The translations under genes were made by a program, and so were the position numbers. From NCBI GenBank assembly GCA_963768675.1, contig CAVYIV010000003.1:5439-69438 (forward strand): DNA of 64,000 nucleotides. Reading direction: 5' to 3'. Under the pieces are notes generated by a model. That model had not been told where the DNA came from. It did not search any database and saw only the letters and a program-made list of their open reading frames with translations. Origin of the DNA: an uncultured Chloroflexia bacterium. Its GTDB lineage: Bacteria; Chloroflexota; Limnocylindria; Limnocylindrales; CSP1-4. Positions 40,917 to 51,232 of this stretch are shown here, one piece after another. Each line of letters begins with the position of its first letter. Position 1 is the stretch's first letter.

Positions 40917-42638
40917 CTACGGCAGCAGCGCCTGGATTGCCTCGAGCGGGACCCGGTCGGAGGCGATGACCACGGTTGCCGCTGCCCGAACCTTCGGGGC
41001 GAGCGCGGCCACGTGCGCGCGAGCGACCGGCTTCTTGTGCTCGCCGCTGATCGTGTCGCGCAGCAGCAGCCACCCGGAGACGATCCCGATCGCCATCTCG
41101 ACCAGGTCGACGGCGTAGTAGTCCACGCGGTCGCGCTCGGTCAGCGCCTTCAGCCCGCCGACGGCCTCGTCGAATAGGCCGGTGAGCTCGGTCAGGAGCG
41201 CCTTCTCGGGGGTCATGTCCGCCGGGTACTCGGCCGACTGCCACTCGGCGAGCAGCGGGTCGAGCGAACGGTTGAGCAGCTTGCCGATGGCGGCGACGAC
41301 CTGGAGCTGGCTCGTGCCCTCGTAGATGCTCGTGATGCGGACGTCCCGGAAGAGCCGCTCGATGTTGAACTCTCGCATGTAGCCCACGCCGCCGTGGACC
41401 TGCATGGCCTGGTTGCAGACCCGGTTGCCCATCTCCGTCGCGCAGTACTTCACCATCGGGGTGAGCGTCTCGGCCAGGGCCTGGGACTGCTTGTGGCGCG
41501 CGCGCATCGCCGGGTCGGCGTCCGACGTTCCCTCCCCGAGCGCCTTCTCGTAGACCTTCCACAGGTCAACCCAGCGGCCGGTCTCGGCGAGCAGGGCCCG
41601 GGTCGCCTCGAGGTCCACCTTCATCGAGAGCAGCAGCCGGCCCACGGCGGGGAGGGCCCGGATGGGCCTGCCGAACTGGACCCGCTCGCGGGAGTACTGG
41701 TCGGCCTCGCGGTAGGCGGCCTCCGCGATGCCGAGGGCCTGCGCGGCCACGGCCAGGCGGGCCCCGTTCATCAGGTTCATCGCGTAGCGCATCAGCCCGA
41801 AGCGGCGCTTGCCGAGCAGGATGGCCGGCGTGTTGATGTACTGGATCTCGCACGTCGGCGACGCGTGGATCCCCATCTTGTTCTCGAGACGCCGGATCTT
41901 GACGGTGTCGTCGCGCTCGACCAGGAACATCGAGAGGCCGCGGGCGTCCGTGGAGCCCTCCTCGCTGCGGGCCAGGACCAGCGAGACGTCGGCCAGCCCG
42001 TTGGTCACGAAGCGCTTGACGCCGTTGAGACGCCACCCGCCGGTCGCCTCGTCCAGGGTTGCCCGGGTGGCCACCGCGCCGAGGTCCGAACCGGCGTCCG
42101 CCTCGGTCAGGACCATCGCGCCGGACACCTCGCCGCGCGCGAAGCGCGGCAGGACCCGGGCCCGGGTCTCCGGGTCGCCGTACTCCTCGATCGAGGACGC
42201 GATCTCTTGGAGCCCATACACGGTCATGAGGCCGCTCTCGGCCCGGGCCACGATCTCGACCATCATCTGGTAGATGGACTCGGGCAGGTTCAGGCCGCCG
42301 TACTCGCGCGACAGCATCGCCCCGAAGAGCTCGGCCTGGCGCAGGGCATCGATCGCGTCCCGCGTGGCGGCCGCATAGGTCACCTCGCCGCTCTCGTAGT
42401 GCGCGCCCTCCTCGTCCGCCTCCGCAGCGCGGGGCGCGACGCGCTCTCCACAGATCTCGCCGAGGACCTCGAGCACGATCCGGAAGCTGTCGGTGGCATC
42501 GGCATAGCTGCGCGGCGCGGTCGGGTAGTGCTCCGACTCGGCGTAGCCCTTCTCCTTAAGATCGAGGACCTCGCGCAGGTCGAGGTGCTCCAGGCGAAAC
42601 TGCAGGTCCGGGTTGTCGAGGAAGAAGTTGTCGCTCAT
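40917..42638 (-). CDS. Long-type acyl-CoA dehydrogenase
   Basis: MVLTE.DAGSD, NGVKRF.TNG, KMGIHASPTCE, Q.HGG.GY, IYEGTSQLQ. Confidence 0.95.
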   Translation of the reverse strand: MSDNFFLDNPDLQFRLEHLDLREVLDLKEKGYAESEHYPTAPRSYADATDSFRIVLEVLGEICGERVAPRAAEADEEGAHYESGEVTYAAATRDAIDALRQAELFGAMLSREYGGLNLPESIYQMMVEIVARAESGLMTVYGLQEIASSIEEYGDPETRARVLPRFARGEVSGAMVLTEADAGSDLGAVATRATLDEATGGWRLNGVKRFVTNGLADVSLVLARSEEGSTDARGLSMFLVERDDTVKIRRLENKMGIHASPTCEIQYINTPAILLGKRRFGLMRYAMNLMNGARLAVAAQALGIAEAAYREADQYSRERVQFGRPIRALPAVGRLLLSMKVDLEATRALLAETGRWVDLWKVYEKALGEGTSDADPAMRARHKQSQALAETLTPMVKYCATEMGNRVCNQAMQVHGGVGYMREFNIERLFRDVRITSIYEGTSQLQVVAAIGKLLNRSLDPLLAEWQSAEYPADMTPEKALLTELTGLFDEAVGGLKALTERDRVDYYAVDLVEMAIGIVSGWLLLRDTISGEHKKPVARAHVAALAPKVRAAATVVIASDRVPLEAIQALLP

Positions 42639-43675
42639 TCGGCGTCTCGCTGGTCCGTGGAGCGCTCGCGCAGGGCCTTGATGATCATCGGGACGACCTC
42701 GCCGACCTCGCCGACGATGCGGTAGTGCGCGATCTGGTGGATGGGCGCGTTTGGGTCCGTGTTGATGGCGACGATCTTGGACGACTGGTCCATGCCTGCC
42801 CGGTGCTGGATGGCGCCCGAGATGCCCGCGGCGATGTAGAGGCGAGGCCGGACCGTCGTGCCGGTCTGGCCGACCTGGAACTCGCGGCCGATCAGCCCGG
42901 CGTCCACCGCCGCGCGCGACGCGCCGACCTCGCCGCCGAGGAGGTTGGCCAGGTCGCGCAGCAGGGCGAACTCGTCGGGGCCCGAAACGCCCGCGCCGCC
43001 GGAGACGATCACCGCCGCGTCCTTCAGGTTGACGGTGGAGCGGCGCACTTCCCGGCTGAGCACCTCCAGGTCGAAGTCGCCCGGCTCGAACTCGGGCGTC
43101 ACCGGTTCCACGATCCCCGTCCGGCTCGCGTCCGCGGCCGGCATGCGCATGACCCCCTCGCGAACCGTGGCCATCTGGGGTCGCGTGTCCGGGTTGACGA
43201 TCGTCGCGACCAGGTTCCCGCCGAAGGCCGGCCGGATCTGGTACAGCAGGTTTCGGTACGTCCTGTCCTCGCGCCTGAGGTAGTAGTCGCCGATCTGCAG
43301 GTCCGTGCAGTCCGCGGTCAGGCCGCAGCGCAGGGCGCTGGCCACCCGCGGTGCGAAGTCCCGGCCATTCGGGGTGCCGCCGACCAGGAAAATCTCCGGG
43401 GCCCGCCGGCGCGCCTCGGTGATCGCCACGCGGGCACACGGGAGCGTGCGGTAGCCGGCCAGCTCGGGATGGTCGGCCAGCAGGACGCGCTCGGCGCCGT
43501 GCCGGATGACGTCGTGCGCCAGCTCCTCAACGCCGTGCCCGCAGAGCAGGCCCACCACCTCGTAGCCGAGCTGGTCGGCCAGGTCGCGGGCCTTGCCGGT
43601 CAGCTCCAGGCTGACGTCGGCGACGCGGCCGTCGGCGTGCTCGATGAAGACCCAGATGCCCTTTCGCTCGGTCAT
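42635..43675 (-). CDS. etfA: Electron transfer flavoprotein alpha subunit
   Basis: [35 protein letters not shown]. Confidence 0.96.
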   Translation of the reverse strand: MTERKGIWVFIEHADGRVADVSLELTGKARDLADQLGYEVVGLLCGHGVEELAHDVIRHGAERVLLADHPELAGYRTLPCARVAITEARRRAPEIFLVGGTPNGRDFAPRVASALRCGLTADCTDLQIGDYYLRREDRTYRNLLYQIRPAFGGNLVATIVNPDTRPQMATVREGVMRMPAADASRTGIVEPVTPEFEPGDFDLEVLSREVRRSTVNLKDAAVIVSGGAGVSGPDEFALLRDLANLLGGEVGASRAAVDAGLIGREFQVGQTGTTVRPRLYIAAGISGAIQHRAGMDQSSKIVAINTDPNAPIHQIAHYRIVGEVGEVVPMIIKALRERSTDQRDAE

Positions 43676-43681
43676 GGCCGC

Positions 43682-44587
43682 CTACCCGACGATATACTCG
43701 TGGACGAGCTCGGCCACCATCGCCGCGATCGCCTCTGGCGTGGGTTCGACCGCCTGGCTCTGGGTGCTCTCCAGGACCACGAAGTTGATCTTGTGGACCT
43801 GGGTGGGAGAGCCGGCGAGCCCGATCGCGTCCGCGCTGACGCCGATGTCGTCGGCGGTCCAGACCGGGATCCGCAGGCCGTGGGCGTCCAGGTATGCCTC
43901 GAGCGCCGCCTCGGTCTCGAACTCGGGCCACTGCTTCCGGAGCGCGGCGTACTCGCCCGGGGCCGCCGCGAGCTTGCGAGCGATCCGCCGCCGGACCGAT
44001 GGCGGGCGGGGCGTGTTGGCGGAGCCCACCACCGTGAGCAGGCACGGCATCCGACAGCGCACGACCTCCGCGCCGTCGTCGAGGGCGCGCCTGGCGGTGA
44101 TCCGGCCGTCGGCGATCTCGAGGACTGACTCGGCGTACGTAATCTGCGGGATGCCCAGCTTCTCCGCCGTCTGCGGGCCGACCTGCGCCGTGTCGCCGTC
44201 GATTGCCTGGCGACCGGCCAGGACCAGGTCGTAGCGTCCGATCTTCTCGATCGCCTTCTGGAGGACGAACGAGGTGGCCAGCGTGTCGGCCCCGGCGAAC
44301 CGGCGGTCCGTCAGGAGGATGACCGCGTCGGCGCCGCGCCAGAGCGAATCGCGGAGGATGTTGGCCGCCTTGGGCGGGCCCATGGTGATCACGGTGACCG
44401 TTCCGCCGTGTTCGTCCCGCACCTGGAGGGCCATCTCGAGGGCGTTGAGGTCCTCCGGGTTGAAGATGGCCGAAAGCGCACCCCGGTTCATGGTGCCGTC
44501 CCGGGTCATCACGTCGCCGGTGAGGTTGTGCGTGTCGGGGACCTGCTTGGCCAGGACCACGCAGTCGATCGGTCGGGAACCGCTCAT
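43682..44587 (-). CDS. etfB: Electron transfer flavoprotein beta subunit
   Basis: KQVPD, NPEDLNALE, DRRFAGADTLAT, GRQAIDGDTAQVGP, GSPT. Confidence 0.96.
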   Translation of the reverse strand: MSGSRPIDCVVLAKQVPDTHNLTGDVMTRDGTMNRGALSAIFNPEDLNALEMALQVRDEHGGTVTVITMGPPKAANILRDSLWRGADAVILLTDRRFAGADTLATSFVLQKAIEKIGRYDLVLAGRQAIDGDTAQVGPQTAEKLGIPQITYAESVLEIADGRITARRALDDGAEVVRCRMPCLLTVVGSANTPRPPSVRRRIARKLAAAPGEYAALRKQWPEFETEAALEAYLDAHGLRIPVWTADDIGVSADAIGLAGSPTQVHKINFVVLESTQSQAVEPTPEAIAAMVAELVHEYIVG

Positions 44588-44601
44588 CGGGGCCTGTCGA
44601 C

Positions 44602-45264
44602 TTAGTTCCGCTGCCCGGTTCCGAACTGGCGGTCTCCGGCATCGCCGAGCCCGGGCAGGATGTAGCCCCTGGCGTTCAGAGCCCGGTCCAGCGCCGCGCA
44701 GTGGATCGTGACGTCCGGGTGCGCCGCGCTGACCGCGGCCACGCCCTCCGGGGAGGCGATCAGGTTGATGAGCTTGATCCGCGACGCGCCCCATCGCTTG
44801 AGGACGTCGATCGCCGCTGTCGCCGAGCCGCCGGTGGCGAGCATCGGGTCGAGGATGAGGCAGAGGTCGACCGTCGCGGAGTCGGGCAGCTTGTTGTAGT
44901 ACTCGACCGGTCGGAGCGTGCGCTCGTCCCGGAAGAGGCCCAGGTGCCACACCTCGGCGGTGGGCATGAGCTCGAGCATGGCGTCGACCATGCCCAGGCC
45001 GGCGCGAAGGATCGGCACGAGCCCGATCCGGTCGCCCAGCTCGTGGGCCTCGACCTCTTCGAGTGGCGTGCGGACACGGACGGGTCGCAGGCGTGCATCG
45101 GCGAGCGCCTCGTAGCCCAGCAGCCACGAGAGCTCGCGGACGATCTCGCGGAACTTCTTGGGCTCCGTCTTCTCGTCACGGAGGATCGCGAGCTTGTGGA
45201 GGACCGCGGGGTGACGCGAGACGAACAGGGATGGAGCGTGGGGCGGAACGGTTGTGTCGGACAC
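44602..45264 (-). CDS. upp: Uracil phosphoribosyltransferase
   Basis: [33 protein letters not shown]. Confidence 0.97.
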   Translation of the reverse strand: MSDTTVPPHAPSLFVSRHPAVLHKLAILRDEKTEPKKFREIVRELSWLLGYEALADARLRPVRVRTPLEEVEAHELGDRIGLVPILRAGLGMVDAMLELMPTAEVWHLGLFRDERTLRPVEYYNKLPDSATVDLCLILDPMLATGGSATAAIDVLKRWGASRIKLINLIASPEGVAAVSAAHPDVTIHCAALDRALNARGYILPGLGDAGDRQFGTGQRN

Positions 45265-45469
45265 GGGCGCGCACCTCGGGCGTTGAGCGGGCGGACGACC
45301 GGCCGGGCCCGCACAGGCGCAACGGCATCCCGACCCGCACGATCCTAGCACCCGGGCGACCCCGCGACGGACCGGCTTCGACGCGTTGCCGTGGGCGGGG
45401 CACGCGGCCTCCAGCCGACCGCACGGCAGCTGCGCCGCGTCGGGGGCGGGGGCGCGGTATTCTCGCTCG

Positions 45470-46597
45470 ATGCCGTCAACCCGTACGCCCCGCCCGCCGC
45501 GCACCGCCTCCGCCACGGGATCCCGCAAGGTCGCCCCCATCCTCGCCCGTCAGGTCCGCGGGACGATCTTGGAGAGCGTCCACCGCGGGCACATCGTCCA
45601 GGTGAGCGCGACCGGGGTCGTGCTCCGGGCCGTCGGCGACCCGGAGGTCGTCGTCTCGCTTCGATCGTGCGTGAAGCCGTTCACGCTCATTGCGTTGCTC
45701 GAAGCTGGCGGCGTGCGCGAGTTCGACCTGTCGCCGGCGGAGCTCGCGGTCATGGCGAGCTCGCACTCGGGCGAGGACCTGCACGTCCGGACGCTGCAGG
45801 CGGTCTTCCGTCGGGCTGGCGTCAGCCAGACGCTGCTCGCCTGCGGCACGGACGGCGCGCCCCTCGATGCGCTGACGGCAATGCGGCTGGCGCGCGACGG
45901 CGAGAAGCCCGGCCCGATCCGGCACAACTGCTCGGGGATGCACGCCGCCCAGCTCCTCCTCGCCCGGCTCGGCGACTGGACGCTCGATGACTACTGGCAG
46001 CCGGACCACGCCGTCCAGGTGGCGACCCGGGCCGTCGTCGCGCGCGTCTTCGCGACGACACCGGATCAGCTACTCACGGCCACCGACCGCTGCGGCGTGG
46101 ACACGTATGGGTTCCCGCTGCGCGCCGTCGCCGGCGCGTACGCGCTGCTGGCCGACCCGGAGGCCCTCCCGGCCACGGACGCCCGCCGGATGCTCTCCGC
46201 GCCGCTCCGCGTCATCCGGGACGCCATGCTGGCGAACCCGGAGCTGGTCGGCGGGACCCGCGACCGGCTCGACACGTCGCTCATGAAGGCGCTCCCCGGC
46301 CGGCTGGTGGCAAAGGGCGGGGCGGAGGCGCTCCGCGGGATCGCTGTCCTGGCGGACCGGTCGCCAGGCGGCCGGGCCTCGGCCTTTGCGATCAAGGTCG
46401 AGGACGGCGGTGGCTTCGAGCGGGCGTCCTGGTCGATCGCGGTCGAGACGCTCCGCCTGGCGGGGATCCTCGAAGGCCAGGCGCTCCGGACGCTCGGCCG
46501 CTACCACCGGCCCATCCAGCTCGACCCGCACGGCAAGATCGCCGCCGAGACGATCGCCGAGTTCGACCTGGTGCCCGTCGGCGAGCTCGTCGGCTGA
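45470..46597 (+). CDS. Rhizobium etli-type (class 3) L-asparaginase family protein
   Basis: ES.HRG, RS..KP, SHSG, HNCSGMH (canonical NCSGKH), D.CG, AKGGAE. Confidence 0.88.
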   Translation: MPSTRTPRPPRTASATGSRKVAPILARQVRGTILESVHRGHIVQVSATGVVLRAVGDPEVVVSLRSCVKPFTLIALLEAGGVREFDLSPAELAVMASSHSGEDLHVRTLQAVFRRAGVSQTLLACGTDGAPLDALTAMRLARDGEKPGPIRHNCSGMHAAQLLLARLGDWTLDDYWQPDHAVQVATRAVVARVFATTPDQLLTATDRCGVDTYGFPLRAVAGAYALLADPEALPATDARRMLSAPLRVIRDAMLANPELVGGTRDRLDTSLMKALPGRLVAKGGAEALRGIAVLADRSPGGRASAFAIKVEDGGGFERASWSIAVETLRLAGILEGQALRTLGRYHRPIQLDPHGKIAAETIAEFDLVPVGELVG

Positions 46598-46625
46598 CGC
46601 TGCCCGGCATCGGGGTGCAGGCCGG

Positions 46626-47414
46626 ATGACGTCCCTGGGGGACCCGCATGGCGTGCTCGGCGTGCCGTCGGACGCGCCGATGGCCGAGGTCAAGCGCGCC
46701 TACCGGCTGCTGGTCAAGCGGAACCACCCCGACGCCGGCAAGGGATCCCTGGAGCGGTTCCTCGAGATCCAGGCCGCCTATGAGTCGATCGTCCGGAGTG
46801 ATGCCTCGGGCGGCCGGCCGGGTGCGTCCCGGTCGCCCGGCCGGCGGCCGGCGCAATCTCCGCAGCGGCCGGCCCCGACTGGCCAGCGCCACGCGCGACC
46901 GGCTCCGGGCCCGTCCCGGGCCGGGTCGAACGCGGATGCCGGCGGTCCGGGCGATCCGCCGGGTGGGACGGGATCCGCCGAGCAGGGCCGGCGGGGTCGC
47001 GGTTCCCGCAAGGCGACCCTCGGCTCGACAACCTACGACCTTGCCGACGAAGCTGGGGAGCCCGACTGGGACGGCGCTGCCTGGTACGGTCCGGCATCGG
47101 GAACGTACTGGACGGTCAACCCGAAGGAGTACGCGGACCCCCGCAAGCACGGCCCCGAGTACCTCGCCCGCGCCCGCGCGGCCCGTGCCTCACATCGCCG
47201 CGAGCCCCTGGCTCGGCCTGCCCCGACGGCGGAGGCTGCCGCTGCGCAACCGGCGGACGACCCGGCCGCAGAGGCGGCGGTGGGGACGGCGGCCGCACGC
47301 CCCACCGGCGAGCGCCCGGAGCCCGATCGAACGGGCTGGCCGCGGCCCGTCAGGAGGTTCGTCGCCGCCGTGAGACGTCGTCTGTCCGGGCGGCCCGGGC
47401 GGCTCCGGCCCTGA
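46626..47414 (+). CDS. J-domain protein with unrecognised central motif
   Basis: VLGV...A...EVKRAYR.L....HPD...F.EI..AYE. Confidence 0.85.
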   Translation: MTSLGDPHGVLGVPSDAPMAEVKRAYRLLVKRNHPDAGKGSLERFLEIQAAYESIVRSDASGGRPGASRSPGRRPAQSPQRPAPTGQRHARPAPGPSRAGSNADAGGPGDPPGGTGSAEQGRRGRGSRKATLGSTTYDLADEAGEPDWDGAAWYGPASGTYWTVNPKEYADPRKHGPEYLARARAARASHRREPLARPAPTAEAAAAQPADDPAAEAAVGTAAARPTGERPEPDRTGWPRPVRRFVAAVRRRLSGRPGRLRP

Positions 47415-47436
47415 GGCCCGGCGCTACCATGACCCG

Positions 47437-48168
47437 GTGACTCGTCGCGGATCCTCCGACCTCTCGAGCGCCGCCCAGGAATACCTCCTGGCGCTGCGGT
47501 CGGCGGCCGTCGAGGAGGCCCACGCCACCGCTGCGACCGTCGCTCGCCACTTGGGCGTCTCGACGCAGGCTGCCAGCGAGATGTACCGGCGCCTCGCCGC
47601 GGAGGGCCTCGTCAGCCAGGCGGAAGGGCGGCAGCTGACGCTTACCCAGCCGGGGCGCACCACAGCCGACGCGATCTTCCGACGCCACGCGCTGCTCGAG
47701 TGGCTCCTCATCAGCGTGGTCGGCCTGGGCTGGGCCGAGTCCGACGAGGAAGCCGCCCGCCTCCAGGGGGCGATCTCCCCGCGGGTCGAGGCACGCCTCG
47801 ACGAGCTGCTCGGCCACCCGGAGACTTGTCCCCATGGCAACCCGATCGACGCCGCGATCGCGGCGCGGCGGCCGGCCGGCGTACCGCTCGCCAGCATGGA
47901 GGCCGGCGAGGTTGCGACGGTCTACCGGATCACGGAGGCGGCGGAGGAGGATCCGGCCCTCCTCTCGTACCTCGAGGCGCGCGCGCTCAGGCCCGGAGCC
48001 CGCGTGGAGATCCTGGCCCGCTCCGCGTCGCTGGACGCGGTGACGCTCGACGGGCCGATCGGGCGGGCCACGCTCGGCCTGCGCCCGGCGGCGCTCATTC
48101 ACGTGCTTCGCGGTGAGGCGGATCCGGCCCTGTTCCACCGCGTCCCCGGGCGCCTTCGCATGGGCTGA
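47437..48168 (+). CDS. DtxR/MntR family regulator with FeoA-like C-terminal domain
   Basis: QEYL, wHTH, RRH.LLE, CPHGNPID. Confidence 0.9.
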   Translation: MTRRGSSDLSSAAQEYLLALRSAAVEEAHATAATVARHLGVSTQAASEMYRRLAAEGLVSQAEGRQLTLTQPGRTTADAIFRRHALLEWLLISVVGLGWAESDEEAARLQGAISPRVEARLDELLGHPETCPHGNPIDAAIAARRPAGVPLASMEAGEVATVYRITEAAEEDPALLSYLEARALRPGARVEILARSASLDAVTLDGPIGRATLGLRPAALIHVLRGEADPALFHRVPGRLRMG

Positions 48169-48247
48169 TGGGGTCTCTCGCCGGCCCCGGCTTGGCCCGG
48201 GCCACCCCGGCCGCGGAGCGGACGTTCGCGCCCGTACAATCGGGGCG

Positions 48248-49738
48248 ATGACCGCCCCTCGTGTCCGGATCGCGCCGAGCCCGACCGGGCCGCTGCATAT
48301 CGGCACGGCCCGGACCGCGCTCTTCAACTACCTGTACGCCCGACATTTCGGCGGCACGTTCATCCTCCGCCTCGAGGACACGGACGTCGCCCGATCGACG
48401 CCCGAGTTCGAGGTGGACATCCTCGAGCACCTCCACTGGATGGGGCTCGAGTGGGACGAGGGTCCGGCGGCGGGCGGGTTGCCCGAGCGCGGAGCGTTCG
48501 GGCCCTACCGGCAGATGGAACGCCGCGAGCGGTATCGCGAGGCCGCCGCGCAGCTGCTCGCCGAGGATCGGGCCTATCCGTGCTACTGCACGGCCGAGGA
48601 GCTCGAGGCGGAGCGACTCCGTTTGGAGGCGGAGAAGCTGCCGCCGCGCCATGGGGATCGCTGCGCCACGCTCACGCCGGCGGAGCGGGCGCGCTTCGAG
48701 GCCGAGGGCCGCCGGCCGGCGATCCGCTTCCGGATAGAGCACGGCGTGGTGGCCTTCGACGACCTCGTCCGCGGCCGGGTGGAGATCGACGCCGCGGCGC
48801 TCGGCGGCGACCTGGTGATCGTCCGCGCCGACGGGACGCCGCTCTACCACTTCGCGGTCGTGGTCGACGACGCCGCGATGGGCATCACCCACGTGATCCG
48901 TGGGGAGGACCACCTCTCGAACACCCCGAAGCACATCCTTCTCTTCCGCGGGCTCGGCCACGAGGTCCCGGTCTTCGCCCACCTTCCGCTGATCCTGAAC
49001 CCGGACCGGACCAAGATGAGCAAGCGCAAGAGCCAGACCGCGGTCCGGGACTACGTGGCCGAGGGGTTCGTGCCCGAGGCGCTCGTCAACTATCTGGCCC
49101 TCCTGGGCTGGTCCACCGGCACCGAGGAGGAGATCCTCTCCCTCGACGAGCTGGCCGCGCGGTTCGACACCGGCGCGATCCAGAAGGGCGGCGCGGTCTT
49201 CGACCGCGGAAGGCTCGAGTGGCTCAATGGCCAGTGGATCCGGCGCCTGGCCGACGACGACCTGGCGGCTCGGCTCGCCCCGTTCCTGGCCGCCGACGCC
49301 GCTGCCGGGCGGACCGATCGGGCGCCGTCCCCGCTGGAGATCGGTGCGCTGCTGCCGATGGTCCGCGAGCGGCTGCCGGTCCTGGGCGCGATCGGCGACC
49401 TCGTCGGCTTTCTCTACGTCGACGACCTTGCGCCGGACCCGGCGCTCCTGGTCCCGAAGCGCTGGGACGCGGCGACGACCCTGGCCGGGCTGGGGGCCGC
49501 CCGCGACGCAATCGCGGCCGCTGGCGAGGCGAACTTCACGGTGGAGCGTCTCGAGCCGCTGATGCGCGGGCTTGCCGAGGTGCGCGGCTGGAAGGCCGGG
49601 GACCTGTTCATGGCGATCCGGGTCGCAATCAGCGGGCGGACGGCGACGCCGCCGCTCTTTGAGTCGATGATCGCGCTGGGTCGTGAGCGAACGCTGGCCC
49701 GGTTGGAGAAGGCCGCGCACGTGCTGACGCCGGCCTGA
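48248..49738 (+). CDS. gltX: Glutamate--tRNA ligase
   Basis: RIAPSPTGPLHIG, LRLEDTD, THVIRGEDH, KMSKR. Confidence 0.97.
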   Translation: MTAPRVRIAPSPTGPLHIGTARTALFNYLYARHFGGTFILRLEDTDVARSTPEFEVDILEHLHWMGLEWDEGPAAGGLPERGAFGPYRQMERRERYREAAAQLLAEDRAYPCYCTAEELEAERLRLEAEKLPPRHGDRCATLTPAERARFEAEGRRPAIRFRIEHGVVAFDDLVRGRVEIDAAALGGDLVIVRADGTPLYHFAVVVDDAAMGITHVIRGEDHLSNTPKHILLFRGLGHEVPVFAHLPLILNPDRTKMSKRKSQTAVRDYVAEGFVPEALVNYLALLGWSTGTEEEILSLDELAARFDTGAIQKGGAVFDRGRLEWLNGQWIRRLADDDLAARLAPFLAADAAAGRTDRAPSPLEIGALLPMVRERLPVLGAIGDLVGFLYVDDLAPDPALLVPKRWDAATTLAGLGAARDAIAAAGEANFTVERLEPLMRGLAEVRGWKAGDLFMAIRVAISGRTATPPLFESMIALGRERTLARLEKAAHVLTPA

Positions 49739-49794
49739 GCGCGATCCGGTCGTCCGGCGGGGCATCGGAACGAGGGACCGCGGGCGGGATATCC

Positions 49795-49837
49795 GTTAAC
49801 AATCCGCCAACGCGGCGTTCACCCGCGCAACTATCCT
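49795..49837 (+). promoter_or_regulatory. PHO-box-like 11-bp direct repeats and -10 element
   Basis: GTTAACAATCC / GCCAACGCGGC / GTTCACCCGCG then TATCCT upstream of the response regulator. Confidence 0.6.
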
Positions 49838-49846
49838 TGTTCTCGA

Positions 49847-50536
49847 ATGGCCCGCACGATCCTCGTTGTCGACGACGAACCAACCCTGCGCGAGACCCTT
49901 GCCGAAGCGCTCGAGATGGACGGCTTCCGGGTGCTGACCGCCGCGGACGGGCGCGAGGCGCTCAGCAGGTTCCGCGAGCACCAGCCCGACCTCGTCGTGC
50001 TCGACCTAATGCTCCCCGAGCTCTCGGGGATCGAGGTCTGCCGGATCATCCGCGCCGAGTCCGGCGTGCCGATCGTGATGCTCACCGCGAAGAGCTCCGA
50101 GCTCGACAAGGTCGTCGGCCTCGAGCTCGGGGCGGACGACTACGTGACGAAGCCGTTCAGCCTGCGCGAGCTGACGGCCCGGATCCGGTCGCTGCTGCGC
50201 CGCACCGAGCAGCTCGCCGAGGCCCCAGCTCCGCTCATTGAGCTCGGGGCGCTGACCGTCGACCTCGCCGGTCATCGGCTCCTCCGCGACGGCGAGCGCG
50301 TCTTGGTCAAGCCGAAGGTCTTCGAGCTCCTGGCTTACCTGCTGCGCCACCCGGGCCAGGTGCTGTCCCGCGAGCAGCTCCTCGAGCACGTCTGGGGCTA
50401 CGACTACGCCGGGGAGACCCGAACGGTGGACGTTCACGTTCACTGGCTCCGCGCCGCGATCGAGCCGGCGCCGGCCGAGCCGATCTACCTGCACACAGTG
50501 CGGGGCATCGGCTACGTCTTCCGCCGGTCTGCGTGA
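49847..50536 (+). CDS. OmpR/PhoB family response regulator (PhoP/RegX3-like)
   Basis: VVDDE, LDLMLP, GADDYVTKPF, TRTVDVHVHWLR; Pit/DUF47 neighbours. Confidence 0.93.
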   Translation: MARTILVVDDEPTLRETLAEALEMDGFRVLTAADGREALSRFREHQPDLVVLDLMLPELSGIEVCRIIRAESGVPIVMLTAKSSELDKVVGLELGADDYVTKPFSLRELTARIRSLLRRTEQLAEAPAPLIELGALTVDLAGHRLLRDGERVLVKPKVFELLAYLLRHPGQVLSREQLLEHVWGYDYAGETRTVDVHVHWLRAAIEPAPAEPIYLHTVRGIGYVFRRSA

Positions 50537-50593
50537 GCGGTCACTGACGCAGGCCCGACAGCCCGGCGCCGGAGAATCGGCTTCGGGCGCGGC

Positions 50594-51208
50594 TCAGCCG
50601 CTCTTCGCGATGATCCGCTCCAGGACCTCGGCCGCGTCCTCGGCCGCGTCCACCGTCTCCTCGAGCGCGATGTAGAGATCGCGGAACCGGATGACATCGA
50701 GCGGGTCCATCCGCTCCCGGAAGAGGCGGCCGATCGCCGCGCGCGACAGCCCGTCCGCCTTGTTCTCCAGCGTGTGGACTTCCCGCAGATGCGCCTGCAT
50801 CGTCTCGGGCTTGTCGAGCAGGCGCAGCGCTGCCATGAGCTCGGCGCCCTGGCCGGCGATGATCCCGGCGAGTTGGCGCGCCTCTGGGGTCGGCTCGACG
50901 ATGCCGTAGATCACGAAGGTCTCGGCGACCTCCTGGATCCCGTCCACGACGTCGTCGAGCCGGCTGATCAGCTCGTGGATGTCCTCGCGGTCGAACGGGG
51001 TGATGAAGGCGCGCTCCAGGCGGGCCGCGATCTCGGCGTCGATCTCGTCACCCTGGTGCTCCAGGGCCTGGATGGCCGCCACCCGTTCGTCGAGCCGGTC
51101 GTACGAAACGACGAGCTCCTCAAGCGCGCGAGCGGCCGCCAGGAGGTTCTCGCCGTCGCGCACGAAGATTTTGGTGAACTCCTCGTCGCGGGGAATCAGG
51201 CGGACCAT
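50594..51208 (-). CDS. DUF47 (PhoU-like) phosphate transport regulator
   Basis: EH.GD, FITPFDREDI, DDVVD, EN.AD; follows pit. Confidence 0.92.
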   Translation of the reverse strand: MVRLIPRDEEFTKIFVRDGENLLAAARALEELVVSYDRLDERVAAIQALEHQGDEIDAEIAARLERAFITPFDREDIHELISRLDDVVDGIQEVAETFVIYGIVEPTPEARQLAGIIAGQGAELMAALRLLDKPETMQAHLREVHTLENKADGLSRAAIGRLFRERMDPLDVIRFRDLYIALEETVDAAEDAAEVLERIIAKSG

Positions 51209-51232
51209 GCGGCACAGCTCCCTTGCAGCCTG

